A stretch of 48,616 nucleotides of DNA from Candidatus Lindowbacteria bacterium RIFCSPLOWO2_12_FULL_62_27. Its GTDB lineage: Bacteria > Lindowbacteria > 2-12-FULL-62-27. The DNA lies in contig MFPR01000009.1 of the NCBI GenBank assembly GCA_001784175.1, forward strand, positions 1 to 48,616. The letters are read 5' to 3'. Both the position numbers and the translations under genes were made by a program. The notes beneath the pieces were generated by a model. The model saw only the letters and a list, made by a program, of their open reading frames with translations, did not search any database and had not been told where the DNA came from. Of the stretch, positions 28,484 through 37,129 are shown piece by piece; positions within the stretch are counted from its first letter, which is position 1; each line of letters begins with the position of its first letter.

Positions 28484-28744
28484 TTATGCGGCTTTCAGGA
28501 CCTCCGTCACTATGGCGCGGACGCAGGTTGACGCGCCGCGCAGACCGCGTCGCCTTGCTTCGCGGTCGAGTTGTCGTTTGAGACTTTTGGGCAGGCGGAC
28601 TTGAAGCATTGTATCTCCCTTTTCCTCAAAATCAATTTCGACGATGTCAGACTCGTCGAAATAATCCGTCATATCATGCGCATCGAACCACTCGACAATT
28701 TCGGGGTCGGTCATTTTTGAAAAATCGGGCAATTTCTTCTTCAT
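28484..28744 (-). CDS. BrnA/CopG-like ribbon-helix-helix antitoxin
   Basis: KKLPDF...EWFDAHDMTDY followed by an RHH segment (MLQVRLPKSLKRQLDREARRRG); ATGA overlap with the toxin. Confidence 0.8.
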   Translation of the reverse strand: MKKKLPDFSKMTDPEIVEWFDAHDMTDYFDESDIVEIDFEEKGDTMLQVRLPKSLKRQLDREARRRGLRGASTCVRAIVTEVLKAA

Positions 28745-29022
28745 AGTCTCTCATCCCTTCTTGTTCTTTTTCTCTTTCGGTAAAATCTCTTTTCCTTTGG
28801 CGTCGTGGGTCTGGCCGCCTTCAGTTCAAATCCCCCACGCGTTTTCGAAAGGAAGATCGCCAAAAAGCGCCCGGCATTCGTTTTGGCAAACATCATATAA
28901 GCATTTTTGCCTCTAGTCACAATCAATCGACCCGGGTCTCGCGCCGCCTGATCTATCTCTCCGGGATTTACAAGGTGTTTCAAAATATGAATACCGGCGT
29001 TTCTTGAAATAAGTATCCTCAC
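28741..29022 (-). CDS. BrnT-like toxin (probably leaderless, GTG start)
   Basis: HILKHLVNPGEI...AKTNAGRFLAIF...AARPTTPKEKRFY; basic; upstream of the RHH antitoxin. Confidence 0.7.
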   Translation of the reverse strand: MRILISRNAGIHILKHLVNPGEIDQAARDPGRLIVTRGKNAYMMFAKTNAGRFLAIFLSKTRGGFELKAARPTTPKEKRFYRKRKRTRRDERL

Positions 29023-29028
29023 GCGGGG

Positions 29029-29057
29029 AGTATCCCGGATAATCTTTACAAAGTCAA
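29029..29057 (-). promoter_or_regulatory. sigma70-type promoter of the BrnT/BrnA-like pair
   Basis: TTGACT-17 bp-GATACT, 6 nt before GTG 29022. Confidence 0.62.
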
Positions 29058-29091
29058 TACAACCCCCCGGTCCCGCCGGGCCGCCGACAAA

Positions 29092-29192
29092 AAGGGCAGT
29101 GGCGTCATTCTCGCCGGTTGACCAATTTTGTAAGTGATTGATTGTGTTATCGGCCCCGGGCGGAGTCGAACCGCCGACCTTGTCCTTAGGAG
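29092..29192 (-). repeat. Distal att site: 101-bp exact repeat of 37071-37171 (3' part of tRNA-Arg plus 59 bp downstream)
   Basis: Base-by-base identity at offset 7979; identity stops in the anticodon loop. Confidence 0.95.
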
Positions 29193-29467
29193 TGACCGGC
29201 ACTTCCCGTTTTGAAAATCTCGGCGAGCGCCGGAAACTTTTTGTGATTCAAACTGTTAGCGCGTGTTTCGTCAACACGCGTGCGAACGCGTCTAGTGCCC
29301 GAAAGTGCCCTTTTTCGGGGGGAAAAGGGCAGTAAAGGGGCAGTGAATTCGGCGCGGAAAAAAGTTGTAAGTCAGTTTGAAATTCGAGAGGGGAAAATGG
29401 GCAAGAGGGGATGCCCGAAGGGGAGAAAGGGGTTCGCCCCTTCGGATAGGTCAGGGGCGCGTCCCTG

Positions 29468-32400
29468 TCACTTGAAGGGATGGTGGGCCTTTGGCTCAAC
29501 CCACAAGTACAGGGTGGGCAGAACCAAGAGCGTCAGAAGCGTTGACGAAAAAATTCCACCGATGACGACGGTGGCGAGCGGACGCTGGACTTCCGCGCCG
29601 ATGCCGGTGTTTAGGGCCATCGGGAGGAAACCGACGCCGGCGACGAGAGCCGTCATCAATACCGGGCGAAGACGCAATTCGGCGCCGGTTGTCACGGCTT
29701 CTTCGAGCGACTTACCGGCCTGGCGGAGTTGATTGAAAAACGTGACCAGCACCATCGCGTTCAAAATCGCAATGCCCGTCAGGGCGATGAACCCGACCGC
29801 CGCGGAAACGCTGAATGGAATGTCCCGCAGATAGAGCGAAAAGACGCCGCCGGTCATGGCGAACGGAATGCTCAAATAAATGAGAAGGGCCTGGCGCAGG
29901 CGGCCGAACTGGCTGAGAAGCGCAATAAAAATAACCACGAGCGTCAGGGGGACGATCACGCCGAGTCTGGCACGAGCGCGTTCCAGATTTTTGAACTGCC
30001 CGCCCCACGACAGCCGGTAGCCAGGAGGCATCTCGAGTTTTTTTGCCAGCGTCTCTTTCGCCTCCCGCACAAAACTTTCGATGTCCCGATCCGCCGAGAG
30101 ATTGATGGCGACGGCGGCGTAACGCTCGTTGCGGTCGTGGGCGATGGTCGTCACCTGATCCCTCTCGTTGATGTCGGCCAGCGCGGACAGCGGCACCACG
30201 CCGCCTTCCGGCAGGCCTACCGGCAGCCGCGCGATCTCTTTCGGATTTTCCCGGAACTTTTCGTCAAGACGCACGACGATGGGGAACCGCCACTGCTGTT
30301 CGTAGAAACTGCCGACGCGACGGCCACCCATCGCGGTTTCGAGCAGCCAGTTGACCTGTCCGAGATCCACGCCGTATTGAGCCATGCGTTTATCGTCGGG
30401 GCGGACGTCAAGTGTCGGACTTTTTCGAAGCGCCGTGAGGGGATCAAGCTCCACCTCGGCCGCGCCGCGCACGGATTCCATCGTCTGCCTTGCCGTCTCC
30501 AGCATTTCCGTGAGCTTGTCGAGGTCGGGTCCGTAAATGCGTAGTGACACGTCGGCGCGGGTTCCTTCGAGGATTTCACCGAATCGCATTTCAATCGGCT
30601 GACTGGCCATGATCTCTTGAGAGCTCGATATTTCCTTCGTGACGGATTCCTGAATCGCCTCGAACAATTCCTCTTTACTGCGCCGACGGCCGTTTGCCTG
30701 GACCGGCCACTTTTGCTTGTCCTTGTTCAAAATCACAAACACGTCCGCCAGATGGACTCCCATCGGGTCGGTGGCCGATTCGGGCGTTCCGAGACGCGCG
30801 AAGACGTTTTCGACTTCGTCAAACCGTTTGATGACTCTCTCCGACGCCTTCTGGACTCTGACCGATTCGTCAAGGGCGATACTGCTGTCCCGAATGAAAT
30901 TGACGACCAAATCACCCTCGTCGAGCGGCGGCATGAAATCGGCGCCGAGCCGCAAATAGACAAGCGCCGACCATGCGGCCAGTCCCGCGACGACGATCAC
31001 GACGGGCCAGCGATAGTTCAAGGAAAATTTGAGCACGGGCCGGTAGGCCTTTTGAAACAGTCCAAAAATCAGAGGCTCTCTGTGTTCCTGCCGGGGCGCG
31101 CGAAGGGTCAGATACGCCAGAACCGGCATGAGCACGAGCGCCGCCGCGAAGGACGTGGTCAACGCAAGGAGCACCATCTCCACCATCGGGCGGAAGAGTT
31201 TTCCTTCGATGCCTTCAAGCGCGAAGATCGGAAGATACACGGCCATGACGAGGATGCGGCCAAGAGTCACGGGGGCGATAACCTCTTTCACCGCGCCAAG
31301 CACGATCTCCAGCCGTTCCCGCGATGAGACGGTCCCGTCACGGCGTTTTTCGGCGAGATGCCGGACGACATTTTCGACGATGACGACGGCCGCGTCGACG
31401 AGAAGGCCGAAATCAATGGCGCCGAGGCTCATGAGATTGGCGGAGATGCCGAAATACTTCATGCCGACGGCCGCGTACATCATCGCCAGCGGAATGGTGA
31501 GCGAGATGATGAGCGCCGCGCGGATGTTGCCGAGAATCAAGAGCAGGATGATGACGACCAGCGCAGCGCCTTCTGCGAGATTCGTGGCGACGGTATGGAT
31601 CGTCGCCTCAACCAGAAACCGGCGCGAGTATAAAATTTTAACCTCAACGTCGTCGGGAAGAGGAATTTCCGAAAGGACGCGTTCGGCGTCGCGGGCGACT
31701 TGCCGCGAATTTGCGCCGATGCGCATGAGCACGGTGCCGAGCACCGTTTCCTCGCCGCCGTAGGTTGCCGCGCCCTGGCGCTGTACAAAATCTTCCCGCA
31801 CCGCGGCCACTTCGCGGAGCAACACGGGCCGGCCGCGCACGTCGAGCTTGAGGGCAATCTGCCGCAGACGATCCAGATTGAGCGCGCCCGTCGTGCGCAC
31901 AATCACCTGCCTGCCCTCATGCTGGATGTATCCGCCGCCGAAACTCTCGCCGACCGTCTCCAGTTTTCGGACGATATCCTCGATGGAGAGGCCCATGTCG
32001 TTGAGCCGCGCCGGATCGACGTCGATGTGAATTTCTTTTTTGAATCCGCCATTGGCGTCGACTTCGGCCACGTTCGCCACCGTCGATTTGAGATGACGGC
32101 GAATGATGAAATCCTGGACCGTGCGAAGATACAAAAGACGCGAGACCTCGTCCTTTTGCGCCAGCGGCGTTCCCGGTTTGGGCAGCACGACATACATCAG
32201 CACTTCGCCAAGGCCCGTCGTGATCGGCGCCAGTTCCGGCGAGAGTCCCTCCGGCAAACTTTCCTTGACGCTCTGCATGCGTTCCGACACCTGCTGGCGC
32301 GCCCAGTAGATATCCGTGCCGTCCTCGAAGATAACGACGACCTGCGACAGGCCATTTTTTGAGAGCGATCGAACCCCTTCGACGTTTGCGATGCCGCCCA

Positions 32401-32617
32401 TTTCGGATTCGATGGGCGTGCTGACGGTTTTTTCGATCTGTTCGGGGTCTATCCCGCCGGTGAGAGTGTTGACGACGACCTGGACGGGCGTGATGTCGGG
32501 CACGGCGTCGATGGGAATTTGCGGCACGATCAGGAGGCTGAGCGCGGCGAGCGCGCCGAAGGCGAGGATGACCCAGAGCCGCCGGTTCAAACTTTTTTCG
32601 ATGATGGAGTTGAGCAT
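29468..32617 (-). CDS. czcA: CusA/CzcA heavy-metal efflux RND transporter
   Basis: IDAVPDIT; ANLMSLGAIDFGLLVDAAVVIVEN; RLRPVLMTA; GAEVQRPLATVVIGG. Confidence 0.93.
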   Translation of the reverse strand: MLNSIIEKSLNRRLWVILAFGALAALSLLIVPQIPIDAVPDITPVQVVVNTLTGGIDPEQIEKTVSTPIESEMGGIANVEGVRSLSKNGLSQVVVIFEDGTDIYWARQQVSERMQSVKESLPEGLSPELAPITTGLGEVLMYVVLPKPGTPLAQKDEVSRLLYLRTVQDFIIRRHLKSTVANVAEVDANGGFKKEIHIDVDPARLNDMGLSIEDIVRKLETVGESFGGGYIQHEGRQVIVRTTGALNLDRLRQIALKLDVRGRPVLLREVAAVREDFVQRQGAATYGGEETVLGTVLMRIGANSRQVARDAERVLSEIPLPDDVEVKILYSRRFLVEATIHTVATNLAEGAALVVIILLLILGNIRAALIISLTIPLAMMYAAVGMKYFGISANLMSLGAIDFGLLVDAAVVIVENVVRHLAEKRRDGTVSSRERLEIVLGAVKEVIAPVTLGRILVMAVYLPIFALEGIEGKLFRPMVEMVLLALTTSFAAALVLMPVLAYLTLRAPRQEHREPLIFGLFQKAYRPVLKFSLNYRWPVVIVVAGLAAWSALVYLRLGADFMPPLDEGDLVVNFIRDSSIALDESVRVQKASERVIKRFDEVENVFARLGTPESATDPMGVHLADVFVILNKDKQKWPVQANGRRRSKEELFEAIQESVTKEISSSQEIMASQPIEMRFGEILEGTRADVSLRIYGPDLDKLTEMLETARQTMESVRGAAEVELDPLTALRKSPTLDVRPDDKRMAQYGVDLGQVNWLLETAMGGRRVGSFYEQQWRFPIVVRLDEKFRENPKEIARLPVGLPEGGVVPLSALADINERDQVTTIAHDRNERYAAVAINLSADRDIESFVREAKETLAKKLEMPPGYRLSWGGQFKNLERARARLGVIVPLTLVVIFIALLSQFGRLRQALLIYLSIPFAMTGGVFSLYLRDIPFSVSAAVGFIALTGIAILNAMVLVTFFNQLRQAGKSLEEAVTTGAELRLRPVLMTALVAGVGFLPMALNTGIGAEVQRPLATVVIGGIFSSTLLTLLVLPTLYLWVEPKAHHPFK

Positions 32618-32626
32618 GACGGCCTC

Positions 32627-33871
32627 CTAAAACGACTCGATCCGCGGGAGAAATTCCGGATCGGCGGTCAGCGCGAAAATTTCCGAGGCGCTTTCGACCA
32701 GGTCGAGCTGGGCCTCAATCGCGTGCTCGACTGTTTCGGCGAATTCCTGGTCCAATTCCAAAAAGACCAGCAGTTCCACGCGGCCTTTTTCAAATTCCTC
32801 CTCGGCATCCTCAACCTGCCGGTGCATCGCCGTGAGAAGCGTCTCGGGATAACGCGCGACGATCTGCCGCGCGGCGTCGTATTCAGCGAGGCTCTGACGG
32901 AGCTCGCCTTCGACGCGCCGACGCTGAAACGCCAGCGCCGATTCCTCCGCGGATATGCGCTGTTTGGCCGCGGCGATGCCGTGACGATTGCGGTTGAAAA
33001 TGGGAATAGAAAGGCCAATGCCCATGCCGCGGCTCCGCTCCGTCTCGACAGCCCGCTCGCGCTGAGTGAAGGCCGAGACGGAAAAATCGGGCATGAGTTC
33101 GATCGCGGCAAGGTCGGCCTCCTTGCGCGCGCCGGCGGCTTCGAGTCCCTGCTCCGCCAACTCAAGATTGTTCGCCTGGGATTTGGCAATCATCGCTTTT
33201 TCGTCTAGTGGCGTGCGGCCGTTGAACCATACCAGCCGGACGACGGGATACGAGTCCGTCCCAAGACGCGCCAGCAGGTTCAGTTTCTCAAACGTGGCGC
33301 GATACGCGGCCTGCGCCTCCAAGCCGAGCGTGGTGAGGTTGCGCAGACGGTTTTCGACGATCTGGCTCTCGGCCTTTTTTTGCGGCGCGGCGAAGATGCG
33401 CCCGGAGAGATAGGTTTGAATGATCTTGAAGTGTTCCTGTCGTTCGGCAAACAGCGCAGCCTTGCGGCGCGCAAGGCCGTATTCGTAGGCCAGCCGCGTC
33501 ACGTCGAGCGCGACGGCCAGTTCGGTCTGCCGAAGTCTCACGCGCTCCTTGTCGGCCTCGACAAGGATGACCGCCGACCGGAGCGCCTGTTTGCCGGGAT
33601 ACAAAATCGGCTGGGACACGGACAGCTCGTGTACCGGCCCTTTCGACGGCGAAACTTTCTTTCGGCCTTTGGCGTATTCAATCTCCGGGTTGGGCGTCGC
33701 TTTCGCCTGTCCGGCCTCCAGGCGTTTTTGTTCCGCGCGGGCCTTGAAGGCCGCGATCTGTTCGTTTTGTTCGAGCGCGCGGCGAACGATATCCGGCAAA
33801 GAATAGGATTCCTCCGCCCGGGCCGGAACCACGGACGCGAATATCAGGCATATAAAACAGGCAAAACGCAT
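32627..33871 (-). CDS. TolC/CzcC-family outer-membrane efflux protein
   Basis: Signal peptide; ALEQN; PNPE; VSQPI; GLSIPIFNRN two-repeat OEP pattern; GGAGG RBS; directly upstream of czcA. Confidence 0.88.
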   Translation of the reverse strand: MRFACFICLIFASVVPARAEESYSLPDIVRRALEQNEQIAAFKARAEQKRLEAGQAKATPNPEIEYAKGRKKVSPSKGPVHELSVSQPILYPGKQALRSAVILVEADKERVRLRQTELAVALDVTRLAYEYGLARRKAALFAERQEHFKIIQTYLSGRIFAAPQKKAESQIVENRLRNLTTLGLEAQAAYRATFEKLNLLARLGTDSYPVVRLVWFNGRTPLDEKAMIAKSQANNLELAEQGLEAAGARKEADLAAIELMPDFSVSAFTQRERAVETERSRGMGIGLSIPIFNRNRHGIAAAKQRISAEESALAFQRRRVEGELRQSLAEYDAARQIVARYPETLLTAMHRQVEDAEEEFEKGRVELLVFLELDQEFAETVEHAIEAQLDLVESASEIFALTADPEFLPRIESF

Positions 33872-33947
33872 ATGTCCCTCCTTTGGACAGGAATGAATTA
33901 AAATTAAGTGATACGCTTGTTTGACTCTAAGGGATTCTCAAACCAGT

Positions 33948-34208
33948 TCAGGCAGGAAATTTCGGCGGGCGGAAAACTCCTTTGATGGAAAGTAAATCGG
34001 GTTGGATGCTTTCGTGGTTGGAAATAAAACTTGAAACCGTCAAGGAATTCTGAACCAACGGCGCGGAGGTCAAGCCTGTGCCGTGATTCTGGCAGAGGCA
34101 CGAATGACAGCCTGCGTCCGTCGCGGATTCCATGCAATCGAGATCAACGCCATCGGCCAGGATGTCAAATGCGAACAACACCAAAAGCAATATCGCGACC
34201 TTTTTCAT
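33948..34208 (-). CDS. Small exported CxxC/RPP leader protein (CzcI/DUF2946-like)
   Basis: Signal-like N-terminus; GCHSCLCQNH; C-terminal FRPPK; first gene of the efflux operon. Confidence 0.72.
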   Translation of the reverse strand: MKKVAILLLVLFAFDILADGVDLDCMESATDAGCHSCLCQNHGTGLTSAPLVQNSLTVSSFISNHESIQPDLLSIKGVFRPPKFPA

Positions 34209-34217
34209 GCGAAGAAG

Positions 34218-34246
34218 AGTATAAATCAAATCAAAACAGTTGTAAA
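34218..34246 (-). promoter_or_regulatory. sigma70-type promoter of the efflux operon
   Basis: TTTACA-17 bp-TATACT, 9 nt before ATG 34208. Confidence 0.65.
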
Positions 34247-34595
34247 CGAAGTCGTCGAGCCGCCGCGCGTGAATGTATTTGAACCCGTGCGCCTATGACC
34301 GGTCATAGACGCACTACGTCGGCGCTTCCCGCAACGCGTGGGATGGGTCGCGGGCGCGGGAGCGCTCGCGCTCCCGGCGCGCGGCAATGAGTCGGAGACC
34401 TGGTCCGGGCCGCGCTCACCCGCGACAAAACAGGGCCATCCGTGAGCGACTGGCGCTCGGACTTCCCTGTCCTCGCGATGGAGCGAGAGGCCCCTCCTCT
34501 CGCGCTCTCCACCCATATTTCCCCGCACTCGAAAAAATTCTCCGCGCGGACAGGATGTCCGCGCCCAAGCTGCCATGGAAGGCCCGACAGCTTCT

Positions 34596-34856
34596 GTCGC
34601 CCCCTCGGACACATCCCACGAGCGCGCCATAGGCCTGCGTCCGTGTGAGCGGAGCGAATGCGAAGCGCCGGCAACGCTTCGATTTGACGCCCTCCGATCC
34701 CAAGGCGTCAAATCGCAGCGTTGCCGCACGTAAGGACGCAGGCCGATACCGGGGCGGAGCGCGGGCGCCGTCGCCTCCGATGTCAGCGACGGCGCAGGGA
34801 GCGCGACGACCCTACCGACAGCTTCCGCGCTCGCGGGATGTGTCCGAGGGGGCGAC
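34596..34856. repeat. Nested inverted-repeat (multi-hairpin) element
   Basis: 31-bp IR 34596-34626/34826-34856 (1 mismatch); 11-bp IR 34632-34642/34734-34744; 23-bp IR 34669-34691/34704-34726 (1 mismatch); 10-bp IR 34765-34774/34786-34795. Confidence 0.85.
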
Positions 34857-34881
34857 TTCAATATGCTTTTTCTTTTATTTT

Positions 34882-35076
34882 TCAGCGAGCTTTGACCGGC
34901 CGGCGTTGTTTTTGAATCTCGTCCATCGCTTCGGGGTCGAAAAATATCGCCTTGCAGGATTTGCATTTCAGGTAGGTCAGTTCCTCGACGACAAATCCGT
35001 CGCCAAGTTTGCACGGGCCTGTCACATACTCCATGTGGACCTTCCCGCATTCAAAACAGGCGGCCGGCGTTTTCAA
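34882..35076 (-). CDS. YgiT/MqsA-type zinc-finger protein
   Basis: CFECG...CKSCKAIFFDPEAM with two CxxC pairs. Start uncertain (TTG 35076). Confidence 0.72.
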   Translation of the reverse strand: MKTPAACFECGKVHMEYVTGPCKLGDGFVVEELTYLKCKSCKAIFFDPEAMDEIQKQRRPVKAR

Positions 35077-35092
35077 TAGCTCGGCACAACGC

Positions 35093-35413
35093 CTATCTAA
35101 GACGCTTCGACGAGACGAGGACATAGAAATACAACTCCTTTCCGCGTTGTTCGATCTTGCCTTTAGTGTACACGCCAATACCCTCCAGCGTCAAACCGTG
35201 AATCACGTACAACTCTTCACGTTTCCCCGTCTTTGGATTCTTTGATTGTTTCGTTTGGGTGATGCCGGGCGCACCCCATATCGATTCATAAACCTCTTCC
35301 TGCAAAAGATCGTCCCTTTTCATTTCGGCCTCGGCCTTGAATGTAAAATATGCATGCCGCGCCATCACCAAGCGCTTGATCGTCGGAAATGGATCCATTG
35401 TCATTTCATTCAC
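35093..35413 (-). CDS. Putative RelE-fold/DUF4258-like toxin
   Basis: FTFKAEAEMKRDDL...EVYESI...LYVIHGLT...YTKGK...VLVSSK; lies upstream of the zinc-finger gene; GTGA overlap with XRE. Confidence 0.6.
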   Translation of the reverse strand: MNEMTMDPFPTIKRLVMARHAYFTFKAEAEMKRDDLLQEEVYESIWGAPGITQTKQSKNPKTGKREELYVIHGLTLEGIGVYTKGKIEQRGKELYFYVLVSSKRLR

Positions 35414-35784
35414 GCCGCCTTCTGTCCATCTCCATTCCCATGCCGCGCCACCAAACTTTCCAAATGTTCGATCACGGATCGTTGCTTCATCGGCGGGAGC
35501 GTCAAAATTTTCCGGACGCGATTCAAAACACGAGCATCCCGCAACGACACCCGCTCCTTGACCGGCTCCAATCCCAACAACCTATCCACCGACACCCGCA
35601 GAGCCTTGGCGATCTTCGGCAACAGCACCGCCGGCGGACGCTCCGACTCGCGCTCGTAGTACGTGATCATCCGCTGTGTCGTGCCGACTTTCTTCGCCAG
35701 TTCGACCTGCGTGATCCCGCAACCGCGCCGAAGATCGGCCAGTCTTCGACCGAAATCGACGCTCGCATCCAGTTTCTTTTTCAT
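35410..35784 (-). CDS. XRE-family HTH regulator
   Basis: FGRRLADLR...ITQVELAKKVG...ITYYE...KIAKALRVSVDRLLG; divergent from the integrase; start uncertain. Confidence 0.88.
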   Translation of the reverse strand: MKKKLDASVDFGRRLADLRRGCGITQVELAKKVGTTQRMITYYERESERPPAVLLPKIAKALRVSVDRLLGLEPVKERVSLRDARVLNRVRKILTLPPMKQRSVIEHLESLVARHGNGDGQKAA

Positions 35785-35990
35785 CAGCGCCAACTTTCCG
35801 ACGCTGCCATTGTCCGTGTCATCACCGCCTATCATAACCCCGGTTTCCGACACCGACGGATACAAAATGGTTATTTCCGTTGACACGATATACATAAATT
35901 GTGTATTTTCTGTTCGCCTCTGTCAAGCCGCCAACCGCCGGCAAAAAGCATGGATGCGGCTTGACAGATTTCGGGAAAGGACACGGGAAC

Positions 35991-37100
35991 ATGGGAACTC
36001 GCGCGATCCGGCGAGACACAAACGGACAATACCGCGTCAACTACTACTTCCGGGACCAGCACGGCCAAAAGCGCCGGGGCCGAAAGTGGTTTCGGACTCT
36101 TCACCTCGCGGAGACGTTCTTCGCGGACCGGCTCCGTGAGTTTGAGGCCGGACAAAAGATCGGCACGCGCGAGCGCGAGACCCTCACCGTCAAACAATTC
36201 CTGGACGGCCACTATTTCCCATGGGCCACGAAGGCGCGGCGAGGATGGGAACGGGAAATGCGATTCCTCCGCCTAGTCGAACGGCGTTGGGGTTCGCGGC
36301 GGCTTTGCGACATTTCATACTTCGACATAGAAAAGTGGCGGCTGGAATTCAAGGAGACGGCCTGCGCAGCCAGCATTCGAAAATATCTTGCGTGGCTTCG
36401 CGCCATGTTCCGGTTCGCCCACACCGGCACGAAGGACGAGGACGGCCACATTGTCGGCGGCGGATTCATCGGCGACGACCCCATGAGTAAAATCAAAAGC
36501 CCGTCCGTCAAATTCCCGACCCGGCCGCCGACCATACTCGCGCCGGAAGAAATCGCGCAGATCAAACCGGACGGCACACGCGGCACCGACATCGCGCTCT
36601 TTGCGCTCTACTCCGGCATGAGGAAAGGCGAAATCCTGCGGGTTCGATATTCCGACATCGACCTCGTAGCCGGAGTTGTTCGCATCCCGATCAGCAAAAA
36701 CAACGAGCCGCGAATCGTGCCGCTCACGCCGGAGCTTTCGGCAATTATCGACCGACAACCGCGCGATGGATCGGATTATGTTTTCTCGTGGAAAGGCAAG
36801 CCCATTAAAAATTGCCGCACGTCATTTCGTCTCGCGCTCAAGCGCGCCGGAATCACGCGCCGCGTCCGGCTTCACGACTTCCGCCACACGTTCGGCTCCT
36901 ACCTCGCCATGAACGGCGTGGACATCGACGAGCGCATGACGCTCATGGGACACAAAACTTATGAGGCCGCGCGCATCTACACCCACTACTACACCAAAAA
37001 ACTTTCCGAGACGATGACCCTACTTACGAAAGCGTACGATGGGGTCAAGCGGAAAACAAAAGGGCAGTTTAAGGGCAGTGGCGTCATTCTCGCCGGTTGA
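35991..37100 (+). CDS. Tyrosine recombinase/integrase
   Basis: GMRKGE (R), SKN (K), LHDFRH (HxxR), MGH, IYTH (Y); N-terminal arm-binding-like domain; ends 30 bp from the tRNA 3' end. Confidence 0.95.
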   Translation: MGTRAIRRDTNGQYRVNYYFRDQHGQKRRGRKWFRTLHLAETFFADRLREFEAGQKIGTRERETLTVKQFLDGHYFPWATKARRGWEREMRFLRLVERRWGSRRLCDISYFDIEKWRLEFKETACAASIRKYLAWLRAMFRFAHTGTKDEDGHIVGGGFIGDDPMSKIKSPSVKFPTRPPTILAPEEIAQIKPDGTRGTDIALFALYSGMRKGEILRVRYSDIDLVAGVVRIPISKNNEPRIVPLTPELSAIIDRQPRDGSDYVFSWKGKPIKNCRTSFRLALKRAGITRRVRLHDFRHTFGSYLAMNGVDIDERMTLMGHKTYEAARIYTHYYTKKLSETMTLLTKAYDGVKRKTKGQFKGSGVILAG

Positions 37101-37109
37101 CCAATTTTG

Positions 37110-37122
37110 TAAGTGATTGATT
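37110..37122 (-). promoter_or_regulatory. IHF-like site in the att region (copy at 29131-29143)
   Basis: AATCAATCACTTA fits WATCAANNNNTTR, between the arm-like repeats and the tRNA core. Confidence 0.6.
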
Positions 37123-37129
37123 GTGTTAT

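Noticed and set aside
29151..29192. Second tRNA-Arg gene
   Set aside because: Only the 3' part from the anticodon loop onward is present; it is an att duplication.
34226..35079. ORFs across the hairpin region (34226..35050, 34303..34674, 34645..35079)
   Set aside because: Low-complexity translations without motifs that overlap the zinc-finger gene or the inverted repeats.
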